From positions 111,476,001-111,540,000 of the forward strand of contig OX597815.1 of NCBI GenBank assembly GCA_951406725.2: a stretch of DNA of 64,000 nt, in the 5' to 3' direction. Position numbers and translations under genes: made by a program. Origin of the DNA: Octopus vulgaris. Lineage: Eukaryota. The notes below the pieces were generated by a model. That model did no database searches and was not told the DNA's origin. It worked only from the letters and a program-made list of their open reading frames with translations. Below are positions 1 through 14,245 of the stretch, piece by piece. Within the stretch, counting starts at the first letter, position 1, and every line of letters starts with the position of its first letter.

Positions 1-975
1 CATAGCTAGATTGGCCTTCATAGTGGCAAGACGGGATAAACATCCATCTATGATTCATCCACTAATACTGTATCGCCTCATGAAAGGAATTAATGATGAT
101 CAACCGGATGCACGCGGATGCTGCAGACTATATTGTAATCATCCCAAGGAAACGGAGTCTGATGTTAAAGTCATGTGATTTGTGGAAATGCGCGTAGTTA
201 TTCGTTAAATATTGATAAATTCCACCCGATAATTTTTTTGTTATATATATATATATATATTCTGTCTGTGGGTGTGTTTGTAGAGTTCTTAGCTAATGTC
301 TACATCATATTATCGATTTTGCTTAAAATGGACACGCGAGTAGAACCCATGTCTGGAAGCCTCATGGCATATTCACATTGTTGAAAAAATCGATAATAGA
401 GCCCCTTGATAGGATCTAATGTATTGCATTTTAACAGCCAAGGGAAATAACCCATTCATTTTCCTACATTTTTTGGTATGAATCAAATTGAGTGTGCTTA
501 TTTCTTAGTATTTTAACTGTTAGAGTTATTTTCACAATTTATCCAGTACAACCCATAAAGAAGTAAATAGTATCTTCCTAAACAATAGATCCACCTATTT
601 CTGTTAGTGCCTTATTCACGACTATACCAACACAGGCGTCGCAGAAGGATATATTCTCTATTTAGTATTTCCTCCTAAGTTCTATATACTCTGAGAACAT
701 ATTAAACACTTGGTGGGGGGCTACTTTATTTGAATTCTTACTATCGGGTACTAATTTCATGTTATTACATACGTGACTTCACAATTCGGGTATCAGTAAC
801 TTATTGGGAATTCCTAAAAGCAAGATCCTGTGTAAGACAGATCGATATTCTCTGTAAACGCAGAAACACCGTTTTAAGGGCTATATTATACATCCGCATA
901 ATATAGCCGCTCTATTGACAGATTTTCAATTCCATTTATTTCCTGACTTACGGATTCTTAGCGGACTTAAACACA

Positions 976-1009
<34 letters not shown>

Positions 1010-1049
1010 GATAAATCTCAGAGCGAGTTATAAACAGTAGCGGTAACAC

Positions 1050-1379
1050 AACGTGATGCATATATGCCATTTGAATATGGCTAACCCAACAGGGTGGATG
1101 CTACTGTAGTTTGTAGCCCCAGGAAGACACCTCCTCCCGCTGGCTATAGACACACTATCTGTGTCCTGTCAGTATTTGTGAAGGGGAGTCATCCTCCCCG
1201 TCTTCAGCACATGATACACACGTACCCGAAGACGGGGAGGATGACTCCCCTTCACAAATACTGACAGGTCACATAGTGCGTCTATAGCCAGCGGGAGGAG
1301 GTGTCTTCCTGGGGCTACAAACTACAGTAGCATCCACCCTTTTGGGTTGGCCATATTCAAATGGCATATATGCATCACG

Positions 1380-1381
<2 letters not shown>
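1050..1381. repeat. Long fold-back (about 155-bp arms, about 22-nt loop) between (TA)n tracts; fragment of a hammerhead-bearing repeat family
   Basis: 1050-1205 is the near-perfect reverse complement of 1228-1381. The arm sequence is homologous to 41700-41830, which lies just downstream of a degenerate hammerhead. Confidence 0.9.
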
Positions 1382-1454
<73 letters not shown>

Positions 1455-2859
1455 CAGTTGTGGCCAAAGTGTTCAGAACGGCATTGTTTTCGTCAGAAAA
1501 GTAGTTATAATTTTTTATCAAACTTGTTATATATTCTATAATTTTCACAGACAATAAATACGATATTATTTGTTATTGCCTGCGATTTTGGTGTAATTTG
1601 ATAGGATAATACAAAAGTTATGGATGATGTAGTGATTTACTGCAAAACCCATGGCGGCCAAAATGCTCAGAACGGTTGCTTTTACTCCGTGTTTTAGTAT
1701 ATTTAACCGGCGAAATCTAATATTTTGAATTTGTTTACGTGACGGTTCGTTTACTAAACATTACTAGGAATATTTGCAGTGTACTTTGTTAATATAATGC
1801 CACTTACTCCGTTACCAATTCGTCAGCAGATTATTAAGCTTCGAAGGAAGGATAATTTAAGTATTGGATCTATTGTAAAGATTGTTAACGAGTCAAAAAG
1901 TGTTGTACACGGTATTCTTAAGGTCTACGACGATTGTGGTTCGTGTGAATCAAGAAAGTTTACAGGTAGGCCAAGAAAAACGACCAAGAGAGAAGATCGT
2001 GCTATGGTAAAGTTGGTTAAAAAGGACAGATTTAAAACTGCTGCTGCTGTTTCTCGGAAAATGAGCATTGTATTGAAGAAAAGTAGGTGAAAAATTGTCG
2101 CCTAAATGTCTTAAGACTAGTGTTGAATTCGGTGGAGGAATTGTCATGGTTTGGGGGATGATATCTGGAGATGGTGTGGGCCCTTTGGTGCGATTATATG
2201 GAAAGGTAAATGCAGGAGTTTATAAACAACTTGTAAACGATCATGTCTTGCCTGTGCTGAGAAATTCAACTAAGCGACCATCCATATTCATGCAGGACAA
2301 TGCCCCATGTCACAAGGCTAAGGTGGTCATGAACTTCCTTAAGGCTGAAAAGGTTATTGTTATGGATTGGCCTGCTCAAAGCCCAGATCTCAATCCTATT
2401 GTAAATGTATGAAATATTCTAGGAGAACGTTCGAAAGCCAGAAATCCTAAAACAACTGAGCAATTATGGAATGCCCTTCAGGAAGAATGGAATAAGATCA
2501 CCCAGCAATAAATTGAAAATTTAATTTCCTCATGCAGTCAAAGATGTCAGAGTGTGATTGAAGCTAAAGGGCTTCACACTAAATATGAAATAATTCCAGT
2601 ATTCTCCGTCATCTTTGATTATTTTGTTATTTTTTCAACCGTTCTGATCATTTTGGCCGCCATGGGTTTTGCAGTAAATCACTAAATCATCCATAACTTT
2701 TGTATTATCCTCTCAAATTACACCAAAATATTAGACAATAACAATTGATATTGTATTTATTGTCTATGAAAATTATAGCATATAAAACTACTTTGATAAA
2801 AACGTATACTTGCTTTTCTGACGGAAACAATGCCGTTCTGAACAATTTGGCCGCAACTG
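1455..2859 (+). mobile_element. Tc1-family (DD34E) DNA transposon with long IR-DR type TIRs, internally deleted and inactive
   Basis: Termini CAGTTGTGGCCAAA...TTTGGCCGCAACTG, flanked by TA. TIRs of about 220 bp (1455-1678 / 2636-2859) each carry two copies of a GGCCAAA-N-TGYTCAGAACGG motif. Confidence 0.92.
1797..2590 (+). pseudogene. Tc1 transposase remnant
   Basis: N-terminal HTH plus GRPRKT (ORF 1779-2090); VMVWG, FMQDNAPCH and WPAQSPDLNPI motifs (ORF 2095-2412). The first catalytic D region is deleted, the catalytic E is replaced by V, and there are in-frame stops. Confidence 0.9.
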
Positions 2860-2898
2860 TATATATATATATATATATATGTGTGTGTGGGGGGGGTG

Positions 2899-2954
<56 letters not shown>

Positions 2955-3112
2955 TTACACACACACACCCACACACATATATATATATATATAAAATTCA
3001 CTGAACCGATTTCATTTGTAGACACAAGTTAAATATAAGGTATAATAGACATTGGTATAAAGATTTATAAATATATATGTAGTCAAAATAAGTAACAGGA
3101 TATCAGGAGATG

Positions 3113-3199
3113 ATGCAGTACGACGTTTCAAGCATCTCCATTTAATTGAACAAGGAAATCCTTACATCAATTTAAATGCAGGGATATCTTCAGTTACAT
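3113..3199 (-). ncRNA. Type I hammerhead ribozyme-like motif (partly degenerate); homologue of 34492-34579
   Basis: Minus strand reads atgtaa CTGAAGA [long stem II] GAAA cgtcg TA ctgcat. Stem I has one mismatch next to the core. Confidence 0.6.
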
Positions 3200-3329
3200 A
3201 AATAAATAGATTTTTTTTAATCAGTTGGACATATAAATATAATTTTACTCAAATTCCCTAATACAGCAAGAAGAGGGAAAATATATATAGGTATGTACTT
3301 ATGTATGTAACATATGTATGTAAGCATAT

Positions 3330-3520
<191 letters not shown>

Positions 3521-4427
3521 TGGATGAAGAATATATTTCGAAAGTAACAGCAGTTTACTTGATTAAATCACAATACAATTAGTCAGATCTCCGATATGCT
3601 TCGACCGAAAAAGCAGTAATTTTGTTTAACCCGTATATCGAAATTGAAACATCTGTCTTAAATGTAAAACTGGACTAATGGTAAACAGCCGTCTGCATCT
3701 ATAATTACAAGTTCAGTATGGAACATGTCACTCCACTAATATAAACTCGTGGGAATTATTTGAAAGAGATTACGCTATTATTTCTGGGAGGTCGATGCGA
3801 CATATTCCTCTCAAATTAATCGAAGCCACTCTAGTACATAAACATAAACAGTTTTACACCAAACCACAAATATAATGCTAAAGTGAAATAACTGACAAAT
3901 GAATATTATACTAAGTTAACGTCACGGAATTTATTTCATGTAGGAATGCGTTCTATGAAAAGGAAAGATGAAAGTAAAAAAAAATCAAGGCAATAAAATG
4001 TAAGTTTAGAAAGACACTGCGTACAGAATTGTAATATATATTTAACGGTATATATTTTCTTTCCCAAATGAGTGCGGTGTTGTTGGCACAAAGAAACTAA
4101 TTCGGATAGTTCGTTTGAATTAATACGATTTACGTTTATATACACAAAATATTGGGAAAGTCTTTGTGAAAATGTGAAAATTACAACTATGATTCCTGCC
4201 TTGAATTAACAGATAAATTGAAGCGGGTGAAGAGCGAGCACGTACGGGAATATATGCCCGCGCGTGTGCATATGAGTGCGTGTGTGTCCGTGCGTGTATA
4301 TAATGTAAATATGTAGGCATATGTAACTATACACAATGTAAAGATAAAATAGATATCAGTACAACATAAATGCATGCTTGGTTGAAAGATTGAGGAAGTA
4401 AAGAATATTAATATCATCCTATACAGA

Positions 4428-4517
4428 AGGCGGCGAGCTAGCAGAATCATCACCATGCCGGGTAACATGCTTAGCGGCATTTCGTCCGTCTTGACATTTT
4501 GAGTTCCAATTCCGCCA
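4428..4517 (+). mobile_element. tRNA-derived SINE family A, 5' fragment
   Basis: GGCGGCGAGCTRGCAGAATC head and GAGTTCMAATTCCGCC B-box; same family as 12883, 19752 and 20248. Confidence 0.8.
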
Positions 4518-4529
4518 GTGTCTATCTAT

Positions 4530-5080
4530 CTATCCGCTCAGTCGAAGTCGACTCTCGGTTACTTCGTGTATAAGTGTTCTCTAGCCAGTTCTATCCTGGG
4601 TCACTTCTTTCAGATTGGCTATGGCCATTCTCGTGTCACGTTCAATAGTGTCAAGCCAGCGGTTTCTTGGTCGGCATCTTCCTCTTTGGCCACTGACCAT
4701 TCCGAGAATGTCCTTCTCCAGGGATTTTCTCCGCATATTATGACCAAAATATGCCAATCTATGCTTGGTGATCCTAGCTTCTAGCGACACTTTCAGCTTG
4801 ATCTGTTTAAGAACTTCTCCATTGGTGAGCCTCGCTGTCCATGGAATCCGCAAAAGTGTTCTCCAACACCAAAGTTCGAATGCATTAATTCTCTTCTGAT
4901 CATCTTTCTTTAGTTTCCAGGTCTCGCATCCATATGTTGCTATTTGGAAGACGATTGCATTCCCCAATCTGCATTTGGTAGCGAGGCTGATATCTCTACT
5001 CTTCCAGATCTTGCTTATACTGACCATTGCGTCTCTGCCTAGTACTATCCGCCGGTGTAGACTTTGTATTTCATCCTTTC
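4530..5080 (-). mobile_element. RTE-clade (BovB-like) LINE, 3' fragment
   Basis: ORF 4581-5180 has ATYGCETW, INAFELWCWRTLLRIPWTAR, LAYFGH and GQRGRCRPRNRWLD. The BovB-like 3' end runs into a (GATA) tail. Confidence 0.9.
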
Positions 5081-5983
5081 GGAGTTGATAAAACAAGTAC
5101 CATTTGAACACTGTTGGTCTGTTTAATCGAATTGCGCACTCCCATGAAAATGTTGGTCTTGTGCACAAATTTGGAATCAATACTATGCTATACGGAACTC
5201 CTAATTTTCATTTTTATTACACTACGAGAATCCAAAGCATTTCATTCCATTATTGGCAGGTACTACAATTCCTTGAATAAATGGACGATATATAATATCA
5301 GTCATCATTTCTACGCAACAGGGAAATCTTATTAAGTGCTGTAAAAGAAACGCGCTAATATTATTCAAAAGCAAAACTTACCTTACTTATTGCTGAATAC
5401 AAACACATACAGAGACATACACATTTACATACACATACAAACATAGCAAATTTAAATATTCCTCTGTACTGTGGACTAACAAAACAAACTGATGAACATA
5501 CATAATCCCTTCTCGAAACATTAGTTTCTCTTCAGGACTTCTGTGTCATTTGACCAAACCCATAGAAACATGTAACCAATTTTTTCGTATACACTTGAGA
5601 AATATAGACGTAACGAATACAGGGACGAATACAGGGACATAAATGCAGATATACATACGTTTATATTTATGCACACACACATACACACATGCATATAGAT
5701 ATATATATATAAAGACAATTATGCTGATGAAGAAATTAAATATAACTGATTGGGTTGGATATACTATGTGTGTGTATGTGTGAGTATGTGTGTGTGCGTG
5801 TGTGTGCGTGTGTGTGCGTGTTCGTGTGTGTTTAAACATACAGAAAAGAAAGACTGAATATTTTCAGATAAATGCATATGTAAGTATAAATATATAGATA
5901 TTTATAAATGAATAGAACAAAAATACACAGATAGAGAGACAGACAGACACACAGACAAACAGATAGAAAGACAAAGAGAGAGA

Positions 5984-6024
<41 letters not shown>

Positions 6025-7878
6025 TTTTACAGGATAAAATATCGTTTCTCAGACATTCCTGTCAAGGATATTTGACATTGCAGTGAGTAGATAATATGCG
6101 TATCGCTGACTGAATACGAAATTCATGAGATATGACTGCTTTCATACTCAAACGAAAATAGAGCATTAGTAAGCTATATACGCAGCCTGATTCTGCATGT
6201 TAGCAGTGTGTCTTATGTAAAAACAGGTACTTAATATACTGAAAAGGATTAAAAGATAAAGGAATATATAATATATGATCGAATATGTTTGTGATGTTAG
6301 GTAGTTTCTGTATCTGATTAATAAAAATACCGAGAAGTTATATCATCAATTCAGAAATACATGCTGCCTGAATTTACATAGTGCAGCAGTACAAACTTAC
6401 TAACTATAAAATGATATTTGAGAAATATGTAAAAATTGGAATTGTTTGTTTAAGAATTATAATTTTAATAAGACGCAAGTGTGAATTTCTAAGCATGCAT
6501 CTCTTATATTGTCTGAGGTTCGCCTTAATATGACAAACTTATAGATATCAGATATCAAGTGCCGAAACCCCTCCAGATTCTACGTGTACTTCTTGGTAGT
6601 TGAACGACAAACTCTTGCATTCCTTGAAACATAGTAAATCTCGGTGCAAATTAAACTGGTCGGTTACATCAGGCTACAATGGACCACTCTGAGAGTCTGT
6701 GAAACCATAGGTACTGTGTCCTTTACGGTGTAAACATATATAAGTATAAAATATATATAAAATATATGTATGTGTAATTATGTATTTGGACACAAACGCG
6801 TGCACACACATACATATATCCATATGCACACAGTCAAATATTTAAAGCATATACGACGTTTTATATATCTTTATGGGTCTATATGTGCATATTGTATATA
6901 GTTATATTTGACCCCTTTCATATATATAAGCAAAACAAGGACTACGAACGTTTCAAGCTTGATACAAAATTTGTAACATCAGGCTCTATTACCCTTAAGT
7001 TGTGGAGATGAGTTAATGCGCTATCAAAAATTATAAAACTAGCCGCAGCTTCAATGACAAGTTGGAGAAATAAAAAAAGAAACAGCACAATCAGAATCAA
7101 ATGACCAATGGAAGTATCAGTTAGTGTATGTCGCCCTAAAGGGAAATAAAGTGATTCTGTCAGATATTAAAGCATCATTATCAGAATATGCTTCCATTAC
7201 TAGCATTCAATGTAAATTAGTAATGTGAAATAGCATATGGAGAGGGTAATGCTTTTCCTTTAATGTATTTGAAGTCTTTCGGTGAATTGCTTTAAACTGT
7301 CGGATATTTCTTCAGATTCCATATTAAATAATGAATTACATTAAGAAACAGATATAAAAAGAAAATACAGTATTGATATGTAAACGGCATTTAAATATGA
7401 GGATTGTCGAGAAATAATGAGCTCCATAGAAGCGAAACAATTATTCTGCCGTTACTTATATTTTCAATAAGAATATGGATTAAAAATAGGCAAAGTTTTA
7501 TTCAGTGGGCTTTCAAATTCATATAGACAGCGGGAAATAACTAAGTAATTTTAAAAGCCAATAAGTCTAATTTGTTACTATTTCTGACTTCTGCTGACTT
7601 CATGCCTGAATTAAGAGCAAACAATGCATACACAGGAGCTGAAGACAATTATATGCTGTAAATCTGAGGAGACTAGACGGTCTGTTTTTCCAGTTAAATG
7701 AAATTTATTTCGGTTGTCGAAATTGTTTCAAAATCCATTTGTTTCAATTTGCAGTTCAATCACTCAACAGTAATGCTCACCTAATGGTTCGAATTCATTT
7801 TGCTTCTGAAGTCTTTGTGAATTCATGTGCCTTAAGCTACAGTATTAGCTATATTCCACACACACTCACACACATATG

Positions 7879-8481
7879 TTATTAAGCAAGAACATGGAGA
7901 GACTTAATGGATAAACTTTATTTATTAATTAATTAACATTGCCTACAATTGTTTCAATTCACACTCAATTGAAGATTATTAGTTGAATATCATCAGAGCG
8001 AAAGGACATTAAGGAAGTTACATATTGACCAATTGAAACATTTTAACAGACTAAGTAGATGAGAGTATGTTTAGTTATTTGCGTTTGAGAGTCTGTTAAT
8101 ATTTTTCTTAAAATATAAAACAAATATATATAAAACTATTAAAATATGTAATATGCACATAAAAAATAAAAAAAATAATATGAGCGAAATTAATCAATAT
8201 ATATTAATAAAAGATTAACAAAAGTTAATAAAATTAAATTAATAAAAATTGATCAGATATTATATACAAACATAAAATAATAATAAATAATGATAAAGGG
8301 TAATAAATTTAACAAAATAAATAAACTATTAATATTAAAATAAAGGAAATAAAATGAAAACAACAATATATTCAAAATGCGAATAAAATAAAGTGCAAAA
8401 TATATAATACAAATTACTAAAAGAACATGTGGGTCAGATACAGAATGATAAATAAATATCATATTTATAAATATAATAATA

Positions 8482-8517
<36 letters not shown>

Positions 8518-8520
8518 GTA

Positions 8521-8557
<37 letters not shown>

Positions 8558-8800
8558 TAATAATTTAATAATTTTAATATTTTTTATTTTATATTTTGAG
8601 AAGTTTATTACGCACATACACTCATACAAATAAACATACTCTCGTCTACTTATATTTAATATCCTTTCGCCTTGATGATATTCCACTCAAAATCAATTGA
8701 GTTTGAATTGAAACAATTGAGTGCGACTTCAAGCAATGTTAAGTAATTAATAAATTTATTTTTATCCATTAAATCTCTCCATTTTCCTGCTTAATAATAT
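7879..8800. repeat. Decayed fold-back element with hammerhead motifs in both arms
   Basis: 7879-8075 is inverted relative to 8631-8800. Minus-strand motif at 7941-7999: gct CTGATGA...GAAA caattg TA ggc. The plus-strand copy at 8669-8719 is disrupted. Confidence 0.7.
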
Positions 8801-8916
8801 TTGATACTTAATATATTTAATATATTTATTGAAGAGGTATCTCTTTACAGTATAATATATTAAACCAGTGTAACTTGGACGGAACAATCTCTATAAGAGG
8901 TTTATATCCTCAAATT

Positions 8917-9018
<102 letters not shown>

Positions 9019-9069
9019 GCTTTCGGTGCGAATGTTTTTTATACAGAGCAGTTTTTACAATAATACTAG

Positions 9070-9420
9070 TATTTTTATACAACCTTACAGCTTATGGCGA
9101 TCACAGTGCAATGACTAAGGACTATAGTCTAATAAAGAGGCATATAAATCATCGGCAGAATAACAAAAGCTTTCCTATCCGCATGTGAGTCGAACCAACA
9201 TCCCCTTGTTAAAGCGACTAAGTGTGTTACCTTTACATGAAATATTATAGTTCTTAAATTTGACAGAAGGTGGGAGGCTGAATCGCTGGTATAAATGTTC
9301 AACTCACGCGCGGATATGTAACCTTCTTTTCCCTGTCGAAGAGTTATATTCTCCTTTTATTAGACTGTTTTCCTTAGTCATTGCACGGTGATCACCATAA
9401 GATCTAAGCTTATATAAAAA
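9070..9420. repeat. Imperfect fold-back between microsatellites
   Basis: ttttatacaaccttacagcttatggcgatcacagtgcaatgactaagg is inverted as ccttagtcattgcacggtgatcaccataagatctaagcttatataaaa. Inner arms: tatccgcatgtgagtcgaac / gttcaactcacgcgcggata. Confidence 0.8.
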
Positions 9421-9565
9421 TACCATATATATATAAACATTTAAGTATTGGCTATGTTCCAATAAGTTAACCAATGAAGCTACATTTGGCTACCTTGCAG
9501 TTATTACCCAGGATCTTTCATATATATTGAACACTCACACACAAACACACACACACACTCACACT

Positions 9566-9656
<91 letters not shown>

Positions 9657-9815
9657 ACCGCGAGTGTACCGTTGGCGATTTTTTTCCTCTGTCTTCCCTT
9701 CTCTGGATCTTTCCTTCTTTTCTGAACGTCCAATATTACTATATTTGCTCCACGTCCTCGCGTTGTTGTGTTATTTTGTGCTTTCTTGTTTGGATTAACT
9801 TTATATATATATACA

Positions 9816-9863
<48 letters not shown>

Positions 9864-9928
9864 TATACATGCATATATATGCATATATATATGTTTACAC
9901 AAACACACACACAGACACACAAACACAC

Positions 9929-9990
<62 letters not shown>

Positions 9991-10150
9991 TAAATATTAG
10001 GGAATAAATCCAAATTTACAGGGAAAAAATCAGATTTAGGATTAAATCCAATTTTATAGTAAAATATTATAAAATATTATTAGAGACAAAACCACTATTT
10101 TGCAAAACAAACAAGGAAAGACTTAATCAATACATAAAATTTTAATAAAT

Positions 10151-10198
<48 letters not shown>

Positions 10199-12194
10199 CA
10201 GAAATTTAACAAAAGACAAATAAATCAGAAGCAATATCAGGAACTTCTGTCTCACTCTTGTGTTTGTGTGTGCGTCTGTGCGTGTGTGTGTGTGTGTGTC
10301 TGTGCATGTGTGCTTGTGAGCGCGCTTATATTTGATTAATTAAAAAATAATCTACAACAGCTAACAAATTATATGATTTTTAACTCAAATTATATAATCT
10401 TCCACTGATTGAATTGTCATTTGAGTAATGGATTCAGTGCATTACCCATGATGATATGAACTGGCAAACCTTAAATACGATATCCGCTTCAAGTATTTTG
10501 TATCAACCAGCTGCATTTCTAATAATACCAAAAACATCGATATATGTATAAATTTGCTTCATAAGTGATAATATCAAGTCTCTCATCTTCAGTTAGTGTA
10601 CGTTGCAAGAAATATTTTTTAAAAAGAGATTAATTTGAAATTGATCATGAAAAAAACGTTTTTCTCACTTCAATGGTAAAACTGAGAATTTTTCATAAGC
10701 CAAGAGGAAAGCTCTAAATCTTATTTGGAGAATTGAATATAAAAGTCTGTACTACCTCTTAGTGGCGCCAACATTTTCTGTGATATTGATAATGCTTAGA
10801 AGCTATAATGTGTGTTTTCTTACTTTTACATTATTATTTTTTCATCTACGGCTATATTATAAAAATTGAAAATAAAACATATACTTACTTTCTCCTCTGT
10901 CGGTTTAGAAAATTGTGAAAATATAAATATTGCTATGCATGCATTATACATTGTTCGATAGTTCAACTAGAAGTAGATATTGTCATTTGTGCGAGTGCAT
11001 ATTTGATTAAAAATTTTATATATATAATTGTTGAAATAAAGATCGATCTTTATTTCATACATTGCTCATATTTTTCCAAGTAAAATATTTCTCATGCCAT
11101 TCTTTCTTTGTTCTCCAGATCTTCACTTTCGTATTAAGCTTTAATTTAATTTTCGCTTTCTGCCTCTAAAAACCTAATTTTTTTTCTTTAATCTGTTTTA
11201 CACGATCCCCTTATACATTTCTTTGTGATATATATTTTAATATTTTTCTTCTCATGTGCACAAGTCATATTGCCGTTTAAATATTAAAGAATACCTCAAA
11301 CTTTCAGATGTTCGGTTCAACATATTTAATTGAAACTCAACTTCCATGAAATTGCTTTTATATTCCACGAAACCCCTATATTAATGAATTGTTCAGGCTA
11401 ACCGACAATATGTGATTTTAACTGGGATCTTTACTAATATTTCGAGTTTATATACAGATGTGACATCCTCGTATAACGATATATCTTTTATCCCTAATAA
11501 CAACTCCTTTATTGGTAAAAATTATAACATACATTTAGCAAAAACAGATCAACTCCTAATTGCATTCTCAATAGAAATACTGCCGAGGTCAACATTGCGT
11601 TTCATCTCTCTGTGATTGGAAGTATACAAAGTGTACTTCAGGTGAAGTTCTTGTGTCGATAGCTTCAACTCATTGACTATACTGAAGTTGGTCGCCTTCG
11701 ACTGTAATCAGAAGTCTTTATATAGATAACCCGTTTGGTCATCAATAATTCAAGGTACTGGGAAAGTCTGAGTTTTGTTTCACAGTTTTTTTTTCCAGGA
11801 TATTTCGCATGCTTTCAACAAATGTGACATCGAAGCCAAACGTAAACGACTCCTTTCCCCAGAAAAGGAAAGATTTGGATGCTATTTTTGCACGCCCTGC
11901 TCCCTCGTAACAGGTATTTCGGGTCCTTTATTGCAAATAACTGTTACGTGGTAGCAGGGTGAGCTAGAAACAACAGCCAAATCTTTGGAGGTGAGATACG
12001 TTGAATGCACTCGAAAGAAACCTATGGTAAAAATACTATTTCACACCGAGGTTACGAACGGGTCTTTTACGAAATATTTACCGTATTTTTAAACTCATTT
12101 TCACTTAAAAATATGTTGCCCATCTTGTGTCTAATGAAAAGTTTAACGTTTCTTGAATAACCACTTGTCCGATTTATGCGAAACTTGTTTTATT

Positions 12195-12371
12195 CCGTCG
12201 GGTAAAATTCTTAGCTAACATTTCGTACATTTTTACATTCTGAGTTGAAATTCCGTCGAGGTCGACATAACCTTTCATTCGATAAATTAAGTACCATTGA
12301 AATACAAGAGTTCTTGTAATTGACTAGTCCACTACCCTCGAATTTCAGGCCTTGTACTTTTAGTAGAAATG

Positions 12372-12372
<1 letters not shown>
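12195..12372 (+). mobile_element. SINE family A, decayed
   Basis: ctgagttgaaattccgtcgaggtcgac...ataaattaagtacc matches the other family A copies. Confidence 0.7.
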
Positions 12373-12409
<37 letters not shown>

Positions 12410-12467
12410 GAGCATTAGATTAGCAAGCGGTAGAATATAAGACATTAATATTCAACATTTCATTCTT

Positions 12468-12855
12468 TCTTTTAGTCTTTTACACGTTCCAGTCATTTGA
12501 CAGATGCACCAACTTAAAAGGTTTTAGTCGAAGACATCAACCCAGGACACATACTTTGTAAGTCTAGTACTTATTCTGTCGTCTTCCTTTTGCCGATCCG
12601 CTAAGTCTCGGCGATATAAACATACCAACATCGGCTGTCAAGCGTTGGCGGGGACAGACACTGAAACACACACGCATAAATATATATATACACATACGAC
12701 GGACTTCGTTCAGTTTCTGTCAGCCAAATCCACTCACACGGCTTTGGTTGGCCTGAGGATATAGTGGAAAAGATTTGTCCAAAGTGACATGTAGTGCGAC
12801 TAAGCACGAAACCATGTCGTTAGGAAGCAAGCTTGTTACAACACAGTCACACCTA
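12468..12855 (-). mobile_element. tRNA-derived SINE family B
   Basis: Reverse complement of the family at 18966-19338 and 34921-35283. Confidence 0.85.
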
Positions 12856-12882
12856 TATGTTAACAATATTTATTTATGTTTC

Positions 12883-13217
12883 AAGGCGGCGAGCTGGCAG
12901 AATCGTTAGCACATCGGGCGAAATGCTTAACGCTATTTCGTCTGCCGCTACGTTCTGAGTTCAAATTCCACCGAGGTCGACTTTGCCTTTCATACTTTCG
13001 TGGTAGATTAAATACGTACCAGTTACACACTGGGGTCGATATAATCGACTTAATCCGTTTGTTTATCCTTGTTTGTCCTATCTGTGTTTAGCCCCTTGTT
13101 CAAATTCCGCCGAGGTCGACTTTGCCTTTCATCCTTTCGGCGTCGATAAATTAAGTACCAATTGCGTACTGGGCTCGATCTAATCGACTGGCCCTCTCCC
13201 ACCAAATTTCGGGCTTT
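12883..13217 (+). mobile_element. SINE family A (one near-full copy plus a tandem partial copy)
   Basis: A-box/B-box head. The segment ttcaaattccgccgaggtcgactttgcctttcat is duplicated at about 12960 and 13099. Confidence 0.88.
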
Positions 13218-14006
13218 TTATAATTCCGGCAGTATTGGTCTTGTTTGCCTCAGCTCTTCAGAGACTTAAAATTACGATTTGGGAATAGACAAGCTTGTTC
13301 TTCATATATGATGATGCAACAATTTTGTTTTCATCTAATAACACTATAAAGTATTTTAACGCTGTAGCAACTTTCAATTACCTTGCGCAATCAGAATTTG
13401 ATATTGCTCGAGAATTGTGGAGGTACACATTTCATTAAACAATGTTCATCAAGGATTACTTTCTGCATCAAAAATATCCTCATCAACAAACGTAATAATG
13501 GATATTGCAAATTAAAATACATATCATTGCATCAATATAACTTTCAAAGAAACAAGTGCGAAAAGATGCCATTATATAAAGTTTATCAATTTTGGAAAAT
13601 TTTATACAACGACACTAACAAACTGTGATATCGAAATACATTCAATGTCATATTTAGAAATGCGATAGTACCGTCATCGCAATTTTTATTGAAGTCCATC
13701 GAAGTGCAAACAATATTTTTAAGCTATATTATAGAATTTATGATGGAGATTGAATATTTGAAACTGTTGAATTTCCCAAGATTTGAATTGCATCTTATGC
13801 AGGTGTACGAAAGACGCATAGCAATTCTCGAACATGGCTCATTTCCTTTGTGTCGTGTGCACATACACCCACACTGACAATCTTTAACTTTATAGAAGTA
13901 ATGTCATCTAGTTAGGATTAATAAGACATCTCTAAAACAAGTCTTACAGAAAACAATGTCTAGAACGAAATAGTCACCAATATTTTTTTGGGATGCTAAT
14001 TAAAAA

Positions 14007-14078
<72 letters not shown>

Positions 14079-14198
14079 TGTATGTATGTATGTATGTATG
14101 TATGTATGTATGTATTTATATGTATATATGTATATAGACATGTATATGTTTGTATAAGTGTATATATCTATATCTCTATCTATCTATCTATCTATCTA

Positions 14199-14245
<47 letters not shown>

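Noticed and set aside
6938-6990. Minus-strand CTGATGT...GAAAcgttcgTA
   Set aside because: A9 is mutated and stem I is poor; possibly a relic but not supportable.
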